From positions 1 to 64,000 of the forward strand of contig JAQGDQ010000367.1 of the NCBI GenBank assembly GCA_030141605.1: DNA of 64,000 nt, written 5' to 3'. Below the pieces are notes generated by a model. The model ran no database searches and was not told where the DNA came from. It worked only from the letters and a program-made list of their open reading frames with translations. The DNA comes from Tubiluchus corallicola (taxonomy: Eukaryota > Animalia > Priapulida). Both the position numbers and the translations under genes were made by a program. Below, in pieces: positions 24,955 through 36,567 of this stretch (positions within the stretch are counted from its first letter, which is position 1; every line of letters begins with the position of its first letter).

Positions 24955-25546
24955 AGTTTGATGGTGGTTCCAAGTTTTGATGGTGGTTCCAAGTTTTGGT
25001 GGTGGTTCCAAGTATTGGTGGTGGTTCCAAGTTTTGGTGGTGGTTCCAAGTTTGGTGGTGGTTCCAAGTTTTGATGGTGGTTCCAAGTTCTGATGGTGGT
25101 TCCAAGTTCTGATGGTGGTTCCAAGTTCTGATGGTGGTTCCTAGTTTTGTTGGTGGTTCCAAGTTTTGATGGTGGTTCCAAGTTTTGATGGTGGTTCCAA
25201 GTTTTGATGGTGGTTCCAAGTTTTGATGGTGGTTCCAAGTTTTGGTGGTGGTTCCAAGTTCTGATGGTGGTTCCAAGTTTTGGTGGTGGTTCCAAGTTCT
25301 GATGGTGGTTCCAAGTTTTCATGGTGGTTCCCAGTTTTGATGGTGGTTCCAAGTTTTGATGGTGGTTCCAAGTTCTGATGGTGGTTCCAAGTTTTGGTGG
25401 TAGTTCCAAGTTTTGGTGGTGGTTCCAAGTTTTGATGGTGGTTCCAAGTTTTGATGGTGGTTCCAAGTTCTGATGGTAGTTCCAAGTTTTGATGGTGGTT
25501 AAAAGTTTTGGTGGTGGTTCCAAGTTTTGGTGGTGGTTCCTAGTTT
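24955..25546. repeat. 19-bp minisatellite (gatggtggttccaagtttt), ~31 copies
   Basis: Head-to-tail units with point variants and no unique spacers. Confidence 0.97.
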
Positions 25547-28326
25547 GAGTGTCACGCTGTTTATTCTGCTACGGTATCGTTATTGCGAAGAGAGATGGGC
25601 AGTGAAAGAACAAGTTTGACGAAACTCTGATTTGTGCCTTGTGACTGTGCCTTGAAATAACTGAAGCCAGTTTTGAAATGTATCGCCATCTTTTAATAAC
25701 CTGAATCGCTAAAAACAAAACCTAGGAAAAGCTAACCATGACACTTGTCAAAATATTAAAAATACTTGTCAAAAATACTAGGAATAAAACGAACTGTTGC
25801 TATTCACGGATGTTTTATGACTTGATACATCTTACGCGCATGTCTTCCTACGCACGCAGCATAAATTATGGAAAAGATTATTTTTACCGGTTTCTGAGAG
25901 ACAGGGGGTTTCCCAGAACTAGTAACTGTTTTTCGGTGCATAGAAGGGTCAAAGAGTTTCGAGAAAAGAACTTTGTGATTTTTTTGTTCACGAGTTAAAA
26001 CTCAAAACATTTTTATGTTGATCGACCGATAATAGCAGTTTATAAACAGGAGAACCACTTTCAGGTGAAAACTTTTTAAGCTTGATTAAGTTTGTGACTG
26101 GAAGCCGCTCATGCATAATGTAACGCCATGTTACCAAAACAAACAAAAAAACAAGCTACTTTTAGCGCATGTGTCATACAAATGTAAAACGCAAATAGCG
26201 AAAAAAATGTTCACTAATCCAGAACAATCGCACTCGAAAAACGATTATTCTTAGCATAAATTTATAGCCCAACAAAAACACAATTCAAATTTAATCATGT
26301 ATTCTGTACAATAATGTCAATGACAAACTAAAAATAGCAAAAATTCAGACAGCAAGTTAATAATAAAGATGTATACAGAATAGTGATAGTAAAAACAGTA
26401 AGTAACAGTTCTCTAAAACTGTAATGCCATAATTAACAAATTAACAAGTTAATTAGCAAGTTAATGCTAAAAAACAAAAAGACAATGTGCATATAATAGT
26501 AAGCTAGTCAATACTCATCTTATTGCTCTTAAACCAAATTAACGTAAGAGTTAATTCACATTTGTAACTGGCCTACCAATATTAAAACAACAAACTTATT
26601 ATAAGGGCAATTATATTTATATCCCAGCGGATGTAGAGTAAATTATTATAGGCAAAAAAGTACAATAAATATCACTATATGTATTAATATACTCTCAAAG
26701 TATAGCCTTTGGTTTCAGCAATATTATTAAAAATTTAACATAGTAACAAACGTTTAACATATAGAATATTAAATGTAGAGTGGCAATTTGAATTACTTAA
26801 TGTAATAGTGTTGAAATAGGTATTTGAATGTGTATATACATAGTATAAATGTGTGAAGGTGTGTACAAACGGTAACTGGATCTATTAAACCAAAATATTA
26901 ATTACGCTTAATAATTAGAAACGAATGTCAAGTGTTGAAAACGAATTAATGCAACGAAATGTAACTACTTACTAGATATTGAAGACGCTACTGTAGACCA
27001 TCACTTCCATTAACCTTTGACCAATTGTATCTCATAACTGTTGGATTTAGAAAAAAATTTAATTAAAAAAGAGAGGGGAGAAATTTGTCCCAGCAGCAGT
27101 TTAGTAACTTCGTCTAGCGCTATCTGTACAAAATTGTACCTAAACGGTGAGTAGACTCAGAAAATAATATCCACAAACGTAGAGTGAACACAAAAATTTT
27201 GGGTAAAATCTAGCCTCCGAGGTTTCCTTGAAATGTAACTCTCATTGTACCTATAGATTGACTTACAGAGCTGTCTTATTTTGAAGTCAATACCTGACAA
27301 TGAATTTCACTTAAACTTATCATTTTAGTATAGCCAATCTTATACTATTATACTGCATCGCAAAAGCATTACCTATACCTTTTTCTAAACTTCACTTCCG
27401 TTTATGTTAATTACGTTGAATAATTAGCGAATTCTTCATTAATTTATGAAGCAGTAAGGTAGTTGTATAAATGTTTATTTCACAGTGTGTTAGTGTATCA
27501 ATAGAAAATCGTAACTATATCATTGTCCTATTTAAAACGACGATCGCAATCATAAATATATCACAATATGAGCATAAGTATGTATGTAATAATCCTGAGA
27601 ATAATACATTTATGTTAAAAAGACTATACTTGACAATTTTATAACTACAATATAAGCGCAATAATAGTACACAATTTGCCTTTGGCAGGTGTGAGAAGAA
27701 ACTGTGCTAAACACGTTGCTCTACTGGCCACTGTAAGTCCCGTCACTGCTATTTCATAATTTAAAATGACCTTGCATATACAATTTTGCATAGCAAAAAG
27801 TGAACAGTTATATTACTATAACTCGATAAAACAGGAATAACTAACTTATTACATGTTAATTGAATACAATAAGAAAAATTACACAAATAGTTTATTGGTT
27901 TAAAACTACTAACAACTTGGCACTATTTTTCACACATTCCAAACGTGTCAGCAAGTAAACAAACAACAGTAATAAAAAAAGAATACACGTGATGACTAAA
28001 TCCTAAAATCAATTAGGTAAAGAAGGCAATTTTTACTTTTTAAGCAACAAGAACGAAAAAGTTTCATTTTTAAAAAAGAAAACATCAGTACCTTAGCACC
28101 GCTCTACGTTCAAAAACCGATAGCTATGTTATTAGTTTAGTCACGTGATTGGCAGAAAGTAACCATGGCCCAATCATTAGGCCTACAGAACCATCTTTAC
28201 CGAGTAGGCCTACTTGTTCAGCGTGTGTGTTTGTGCGAGGGTGCTATAAAAAATCATTTGGCGTATAGCAAGTGGCAAAACTAATACAAGAAATATGGAC
28301 GCTGCGATCAACATAAGTACCACTTA

Positions 28327-28638
28327 TATAGGTTTTACACGTCAAATGTAGACCTGCGTTAACTCAAATGTAGATTTGGGTAATTCAAATGTGTCTTGGT
28401 AACTCAAATGTAGACTTAGGTAGTTCAAATGTGTTAACAATGGTTTTCAAGAAATCTTAAGCGTTTTTGGTAAGTCAAATGTAGACACATGTCAAGTCAA
28501 ATGTCCTATGTCTACATTTGACTTACCTAAGTAACATTTGAGTTACGAAAACACATTCGAAATTCCTATGTCTACATTTGAATTACCTAAGTCACATTTG
28601 AACTTTCCTGTGTCTACATTTGACGTGTAAAACCTATA
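28327..28638. mobile_element. Internally deleted copy of the same foldback MITE
   Basis: Perfect TIR TATAGGTTTTACACGTCAAATGTAGAC / GTCTACATTTGACGTGTAAAACCTATA with ~20-bp subterminal repeats. Confidence 0.9.
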
Positions 28639-29331
28639 GAGTATAGACTAAATAATTAAATCCTGGATTTTTTTTTGAAACATTTTGTGTGTAAACAGCG
28701 TACATGCTGCTGTTCTAGCCCCACCACTTCCATGTCATTTTAATATATGTTCCATATCTTCCTGCTTTATGCAATGTTAAGTTGCTAACATTGCAAATAA
28801 ATAAACCGACTCAGTGAAACACAGACAAACCGATATTTCTTAAGTTAATCATTTCAGAAGATGGAGTTTTTTAGTGAGCATTATTGAACAAAATCTAATG
28901 AAAAGTAATTTGCGTCATGCGCCTTGTTCTTCATTAGTGCCTGCTAATGAACATAATTCCGCTACTTTTTCAGAATGATAATTAAATAAACTTTTAAGTT
29001 TACGTAACTAACTTTTCTGCAGCACCCATGGGAAATCGAGCGTTTGTAATGATCGTTATATTATTGCAAAAATTTGCTAAATGCAGCCACGATTGTACCA
29101 AATGTAGCCACATAGAAAAATGATTCGGCGCTACTTCTGCATCGGAGAATATCCATGGCTAGAGACTCAAATTGACCAGATGATAGAATAAAAGCTAACT
29201 TCACATTTGCAAGACACACCGAAGTTTTAACAAGGTAAAAAACTTGTGAACATTGGCCACACTGCCAGTAACCGCAGTTATTCACAGCAGTTCTTCGTCT
29301 GTTCGCTTGGGCACATGGCACCCGAACCAGC

Positions 29332-29564
29332 TCAGAGCTGATCATACCGAAACATGACTGGCCCAAGAGACAGCGCAAGGCTAACCAGCACACAATACGC
29401 TGAAAGGTACCAAGACGATGGCACTTTATGCATGGCAGAGTTGCACCTGTCCGTGTTACACAAGCACATGTAACCTGTTAGAGATGATTCACGCATACAA
29501 CTCGGTGCAACCTGCATGTGAAAAGTAAAGTCTGATGTGCACGCTCGTTGCACCGTCTTGTTTT
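29332..29564 (-). CDS. qvr: quiver/sleepless (Ly6 three-finger protein) last exon with GPI-signal-like tail
   Basis: ttattttag|ENKTVQRACTS...CMRESSLTGYMCLCNTDRCNS followed by a hydrophobic C-terminus. Resembles the Drosophila Sleepless C-terminal Cys pattern as recalled ([21 protein letters not shown]). Confidence 0.92.
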
Positions 29565-29930
29565 CTAAAATAAAAAAACGGGAAATTTTCAGCATGGCTT
29601 CATGGCTTCTTACATTAACTTTCACGGCTTCATTGTTTTTTTTCCTTTTTTCCTACCTGACTGATGCAACATCTCCTTCACTATTGACTATAAGGTATAA
29701 GCCTCAAACAAAAGACAAGTCCATTTTTAAAATTTGCGTTTTTTAAACTAATAAAGAAAAAGCAAAAATTTTAACCTTTTTTTTATTTTCATTATACTTT
29801 AATGGAACACACCAATGGGACTCACAATAGCTTTAAATCATTTAGTCAAGGAAAGGTCATGAAGAATACACTGTGTCATAATGAAAGCCAGTCACTTTCC
29901 ACTTTCTTGTCATATTCTCTCTGTACTACT

Positions 29931-30298
<368 letters not shown>

Positions 30299-30325
30299 TC
30301 ATCCTGTTCTTACATTCTGACTTAC

Positions 30326-30460
30326 CTGAGTCATCATTTTCGACCCACTTCATACAGCAACCTTTCTCACAAAGTTTTGCTGAATGGATCAAAGTTTCGT
30401 TGAAAGGATCTTCGCAGCCAGAATCAAACCGGCTGTCACACTTGTAGCACCTTAACGTCG
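30326..30460 (-). CDS. qvr: quiver/sleepless internal exon
   Basis: 135 nt, phase 1-1: TTLRCYKCDSRFDSGCEDPFN...CEKGCCMKWV; the CY.CDS...C.DPFN...C..GCC.K pattern matches Sleepless; donor G|gtaagt. Confidence 0.93.
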
Positions 30461-31780
30461 CTAAATAATAAAATAAAAAATTTTTAGTTCACTTAAGTAA
30501 CCAAGGTTCACTCATACTCTTTCCACAACTTTTTCACTATTTACAGTATTACGTTACTATTAATAATTTTAAATAATAAATTTACAGTATTTTTATCAAT
30601 AGCTAGTTGACAACCATTGGCCTCTTTGCTAAGCGTTTACTTTGAAACACATACGTAATAGCTTATGTTCCAAAGTGTAAGTTTGTAATTGTAAAAAATA
30701 GAAAGGAAAATATCATTTTTTAATTTTGATTGTATTGTAAGCAATAGGCACCAGAAAAAACAAAATTTCCTTTGAACGTTTTATCGGTTTGCCACCCGTT
30801 ACTGCCATCTGCCGGGCATTTTTTAAAGATCTTCCTTAACGTAATGCAACGGTGTCGAAGTTGGCCTAATTGGCTACAAGAAACAACGCAGAAAATCTGA
30901 AAACGCAATGTCACTCAGTACATTTCTGCATTGATGTAATGAAGAGATTAATTCAAGGGAACACTTTATAAACATTAGAAAGCCCTTCCATCTTAATAGC
31001 CCTCTCTGCACCAAACTTACTCGGAAATGGCAGGAGTAAACTCAGTTCCTGCATGATGGCAGCACTAACCACAGCAAATACACTAGACCACACTACTAGC
31101 GATGCCTCTTGCAAGTCACAACAGAGGCATATAATAGTTGCAAAACCACAGTTAACTTGTTATTTACAATTCACACCTAAAAGGTGTAAACCATGCCTTT
31201 GCAACAGAAGTTTAGTTAGTAACTGAAGTACACAATTCCTAATATTATTTGGCGCAAGACGTGTTTGAGTAGATTTGAGTAGTGTCTAATAATTATGCAA
31301 GTTTCAATTTTTTTATAAATACATATTCACACGAGAGAAAGCATAAAAACAAGACAATAAGAAGTCCTTTACAACAGCAACAGCAAAAAGTTTGCAACCT
31401 AAGGCCATGTTCACACATATCCGGCAGATGTGCCTATATGCTTTTGCCAGGAAAGACCAAGCTTTCTAACAGTGCTATTTAATACCTGACATGCAAACGA
31501 ATGGCAACCGGTATCCGTGGTCAAAATACCGAGGTAAATATCCTAACATGGCACAAGCGGCAGCTTCTAGCACCATAGGTACACGTGGGTAAAGTGCATT
31601 TCGTAAAAAGAGAATAGCAATGTGCCGCGACCGCTGTCGATCCATGTGAACAGGCCCTAGTTTCGCCAGACAGGCAAAAACGCATGCAATAAGACACTGC
31701 TGTTCCAGTATGCTTTCTCTGTGTATTGTTTTTTGGGTAATTCATTACCTAGTACGCACTTTAAGTTTTTTGTTACTTAC

Positions 31781-31825
31781 TTTGACAACTGATTTCGTCT
31801 TGCGCAACTAGCATTGGCAGGGATG
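31781..31825 (-). CDS. qvr: quiver exon 2B (45 nt, paralogue of exon 2A)
   Basis: ttttttcgttttag|(A)SLPMLVAQDEISCQ|gtaagt; phase 1-1. Confidence 0.85.
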
Positions 31826-31877
31826 CTAAAACGAAAAAACACAAACATTAAACGCCATGCCCAAGCTTACTACTTAC

Positions 31878-31922
31878 TCTGACAGCGTATCTCATCTTGG
31901 GCTACTAGCAATGGCAATGATG
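31878..31922 (-). CDS. qvr: quiver exon 2A (45 nt)
   Basis: tttttcttttctgtag|(A)SLPLLVAQDEIRCQ|gtaagt; phase 1-1; supplies the CQT cysteine seen in Sleepless. Confidence 0.85.
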
Positions 31923-32557
31923 CTACAGAAAAGAAAAATCACATTAAAAACAACACATTTTTGTTATTCGCGTTCCAGTACAGTAGTTCACAAGTTTTTA
32001 GTTTCGTAGGTACGAACGCGTAAAGTTAAAAATTCAAATTTTTAAGTCCCCTTTTTAAATTAAGTTTTATACGTCAAAAGCTTTAAGCTTCAAAGTAAGC
32101 ACAAAATTCGTTGAAACAAATATAAAAATGGATAATTTAACATGGTTTGTGCAACTAACATTTTGACTGAAAACTTTGACGCTTGGATTGCTGCATGTTC
32201 AACCGTTTGAGGCCCAAGTTACTGTATTTCGTATAGCGACTCTAATCAACGTGTACTTGTACTTTAATAACTAGTAAAAGATATTGATAAAAAGAATTGA
32301 CTAATTTTTCCCAATGGTCGCCTACAAACTTTTACGTTTTTGCAAATTACCAGTGACCACCATTAACTTAAACGATTTTCTGCGTTTATTTCTCCAATTT
32401 CGCTTAAACGCAGTCCCTGGGTGCCCAAGGGAAAAATGTAGCCATGCAAAATTTAACAACAGAACGTGTGTAAAATAGACGTTATTACGTTTATAACAGA
32501 CATTGGTTTAATTATGCAAAGATTGTTTCACAGCATACTTCAACCGACTGTGTTAAT

Positions 32558-32572
32558 CGAGAAAGAGAAAGA

Positions 32573-32660
<88 letters not shown>

Positions 32661-32717
32661 AAGAAAGAGAGCGATAGAGAGAGAAAGAAGAGAGGGAGAG
32701 AGAGAGGGAGAGAGAGC

Positions 32718-32774
<57 letters not shown>
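32558..32774. repeat. (AG)n microsatellite
   Basis: Direct reading. Confidence 0.95.
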
Positions 32775-32776
<2 letters not shown>

Positions 32777-33993
32777 ACTGGTTGTGTTTCTTTTGATAAT
32801 GAACAAAGACGCCTGAAGTTGAATCTTTTATAAAGGAAAACAGTCTTAAATTCGAAGAAATACAAAGTTAGCCTATATTTCAAACACCATCACATTAAAA
32901 TGCTTTCGAATATAATGTCATGCAACGAGGTGTCGCCATCTATTCGTAAGCACGTAAAATAAAACTCATGCAAAAAATAAAAGATACAAATAATCATGCT
33001 TCGATAACTTTTAGCGTGCAATATGAAAAATCTGACAATGGTTTATGGCGCAGAGTTAGTTTGACTAAAATAAATTGCACAAAAAATGATAGCCCAGAAA
33101 TTTTGATAAAAAATAGGTAAACCAAAGAGGTGGCTTGACAATTGTGTTAGCCTGAAATGTGAAATTAAAGATATATATACTGCTCAAATGTAAAAAATGA
33201 CGGAGTTGCTATTGTTTGCCTCAAACAACATTTCTACCAGGATGAGTTCACAGGAATATACTTCCTAGAAGAATTTAATAAGCTAAACATGGGTCTTGTT
33301 CACTTTCAGAAACCCCATTTCTTGACAGCGTGAAAATAGTCGTTAAATGGGTAATCTGCATTCCCGAAATATTGCAATACCTTAGAGGAATCAATGATGA
33401 GCTAAAGGCGTAATTCCAGAGCGTACAATTTGCATCTTCAACGAACTGAGTTGTCCTAAATTCCTTCAGAAAAGTTGTCTCAGCAACAACAGTTTCTGAA
33501 TGTGATTATAAAACAATTGTTGCTTTATTATTATTTTATACTTATGATACATTGACATATACCAAACATACCTAGTACTAATACCCTTGTAGATGATGCA
33601 CTGACGTCACATACCCTGGGTCCTAAAACGAAGATGGTATCAAAGATAAGCATAAATGACAAACATAATAAAACGAAGCAATATAATCTAACATCAAATT
33701 GGATAAAGGCATGTTTCAATTATACAAGATATTTTCTTCATGCTTCATAAATGAGAAAAATGGGCAGACAATTTCACGTGCATTTTAGCATGGCAAAGGT
33801 TAAGCTTTCATTAAATGCATGCACAGCTTGTTTGGTACATTAACACTTAATTTTCTGAAACATTACATTGCGTGTAAAAGTAAGGTTACAACATATGTAC
33901 AGCCAAATTAAAGCGGGATGCTCAAATTAAGAACATGCCACACAAAAAACTGAGTAGGTATAGCTGAAACTGAATGCCAGTATTTCGGACGAG

Positions 33994-34075
33994 GGTACAG
34001 CTGAGTAGCAATGGTGTTTGCTTGGCTTCGCAGCTAAACAACACTGAACTTGGTTAATAAATAGATGGGCAGATA
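33994..34075 (+). mobile_element. Truncated head of the tRNA/5S-like SINE family
   Basis: agctgagtagcaatggtgtttgcttggc...gctaaacaacactgaacttggttaataaatagatggg aligns with 2431-2505 and 41110-41186. Confidence 0.55.
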
Positions 34076-34150
34076 GAACTACCAAGAACGACTTTTCTTG
34101 GCTTTAACCGTTAAAGCCAAGAAAAGTGGTTCTTGGTAGTTCTATCTGCC
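34068..34150. repeat. Near-perfect 83-bp palindrome (41-bp arms, one mismatch)
   Basis: ggcagatagaactaccaagaacgacttttcttggctttaac-c-gttaaagccaagaaaagtggttcttggtagttctatctgcc. Confidence 0.97.
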
Positions 34151-34781
34151 ATACTGCCATCAGCTATCTGTTTGTTCAAGGAAGATATGCCAAAGACTCA
34201 CTACCTCTGCTGATCACTCTTGTTGATTCATTTATAAATATTATTACATTTTTATGTCACTCTCAAGAGAATCTAATTTATCATTCTCATTTTGACGTTA
34301 CATATTCAATGTCCTTTCTCTTGTCAAACTTCGCTTCCGCCCGTAAATAACTTTTTATTTTTGTTTGCATCCACACTTTTCTTTTCTGTTTGCCTTATTG
34401 GGCCTGACTTGCACAAGTTTTCTTCTTGGACAGACCTGATAATTTATTAATCAACTTTATTATTTATATGTTTGTTATTATTTTTTACTCTATAATTATC
34501 GCCATGTCTACGTACGTTTATGGCAAACAGAATAAACAAAAACTAAACTAAACCAAACAAACCTTGATAATGAAATAGGTTCAATCGCGCCACATCGAAA
34601 GCCTAGTCAACCCAAGTTTAAAATAACTAACATGTTCACCTTTATTTAATGTGATACCCGCAGTCAGGGACTAGTTTTAATTATAGGCTTGTCAAGAGCT
34701 GGCAATTTTGCTCTACATTCTGTCTTCTTCCGTCGTAATCCATTTTTAGGGAACTAGTTTCTGCGTTGAGTGTTTTGCGGG

Positions 34782-35478
34782 GCCTAACGAGTGTACATTA
34801 TACATTTAGGCCTTACGAGTGCAGATTATACATTTAGGCCTTACGAGTGCAGATTATACATTTAGGCCTTACGAGTGCAGATTATACATTTAGGCCTTAC
34901 GAGTGCAGATTATACATTTAGGCCTTACGAGTGCATATTATACATTTAGGCCTTACGAGTGCCGATTATACATTTAGGCCTTAAAGTGTAGATTACATAT
35001 TTAGGCCTTACGAGTGCAGAATATACATTTAGGCCTTACGAGTGCAGATTATACATTTAGAACTTACGAGTGCAGATTATACATTTAGGCCTTACGAGTG
35101 CAGATTATACATTTAGGCCTTACGAGTGCAGATTATACATTTAGGCCTTACGAGTGTAGATTATACATTTAGGCCTTACGAGTGCAGATTATACATTTAG
35201 GCCTTACGAGTGCAGATTATACATTTAGGCCTTACGAGTGTAGAATATACATGTAGGCCTTACGAGTGCAGATTACACATTTAGGCCTTACGAGTGTAGA
35301 TTATACATTTAGGCCTTACGAGTGCAGATTACACATTTAGGCCTTACGAGTGTAGATTATACATTTAGGCCTTACGAGTGCAGATTATACATTTAGGCCT
35401 TACGAGTGTACATTATACAATTAGGCCTTACGAGTGCAGATTATACATTTAGGCCTTACGAGTGTACATTATACATTT
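34782..35478. repeat. 28-bp minisatellite (gccttacgagtgcagattatacatttag), ~25 copies
   Basis: Head-to-tail units, no spacers. Confidence 0.97.
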
Positions 35479-35608
35479 ACTACATTGTTTATGTTTTCTT
35501 TACATCAATTACGTTTAAAAAGAGCCCTGTATTTGTACGGACGTGTTCTTGAACTTCTTGTATGCGTTGTATATTGAAATTTGTGATATGTTCGTGAAAT
35601 AAAGCGTT

Positions 35609-35670
35609 TATCATCATCATCATCATCATCATCGTCGTCGTCGTCGTCGTCGTCGTCATCATCGTCGTCG

Positions 35671-35703
<33 letters not shown>

Positions 35704-35983
35704 CCATTATAATTATTATTATTGTTGTTGTTGTTGTTGTTGTTGTCGTTGTCGTTATCGTTATCATTAGATTATCATTAGATTATCATTATCATTATCA
35801 TTATCATTATCATTATCATTATCATTATCATTATCATTATCATTATCATTATCATTATCATTATCATTATCATTATCATTATCATTATCATTATCATTAT
35901 CATTATCATTATCATTATCATTATCATTATCATTATCATTATCATTATCATTATCATTATCATTATCATTATCATTATCATTA
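35609..35983. repeat. Compound (ATC)/(GTC)/(TTG) tracts followed by (ATCATT)n
   Basis: Direct reading. Confidence 0.95.
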
Positions 35984-36351
35984 TAGTACATCATGTTGTT
36001 TCAAAAATCCCTCATTTTTTAAAAAAATTACTAAAATTGCAATTACAAGAATAAACAAATAATTCTTTGGTTGCTGAGTCTAGATTCAAAAGAATTTTAG
36101 TGACATCGAACTTGGCTTCACAAGTATAGGTGCGATTTTACACCAGTATTCAAAGCTCTTTTCCATTATACATCGTGCAGTAATTTTGTACCTCTAATTT
36201 AAAATAAGCATTTTAACAAAAGACAACAACGCAACATTTCAAATGCAGACTCAGCTACTGAGTTAGAGTTGCCACAAAGAAAATGTCGTTTGTCGAATAG
36301 TTGCAGAAAAAATTGAAAATCAAATAACCGAGAGGTTCTGAAACGGTGCTG

Positions 36352-36567
36352 TATTACTACCACCACTACTGCCACCACCAGCATCATCATCATCATCACT
36401 ACCACCACCGTCGCATCATCATCACTACCACCACCGTCGCCGACGCCACCACCACCATCACCACCAACACCAAAACCACCAACACCACCAACACCAACAC
36501 CAAAAACCACCAACACCACCACCATCATCATCGTCATCAACATTATCATCATCATCATCATCATCAT
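36352..36567. repeat. Degenerate (CAC)/(CAT) trinucleotide tract
   Basis: Direct reading. Confidence 0.9.

Noticed and set aside
24955-25546. CRISPR-like array or repetitive protein ORFs (NHHQNLEPP...)
   Set aside because: Head-to-tail 19-bp units without unique spacers in eukaryotic DNA. The ORFs arise only because the unit lacks stops on one strand.
31021-31064. 44-nt exon-like unit (donor gtaagt) between qvr exons 2B and 3
   Set aside because: Weak acceptor, not a paralogue of 2A/2B, and inclusion creates a stop; there is no support beyond the donor.
33615-33690. Hydrophobic stretch LYCFVLLCLSFMLIF as the qvr signal-peptide exon
   Set aside because: Its donor is phase 0 and gives a stop when joined to exon 2A; the exon at 56883-56958 fits in phase.
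34782-35478. 28-bp repeat as a CRISPR array
   Set aside because: No spacers, no cas genes; an ordinary minisatellite.
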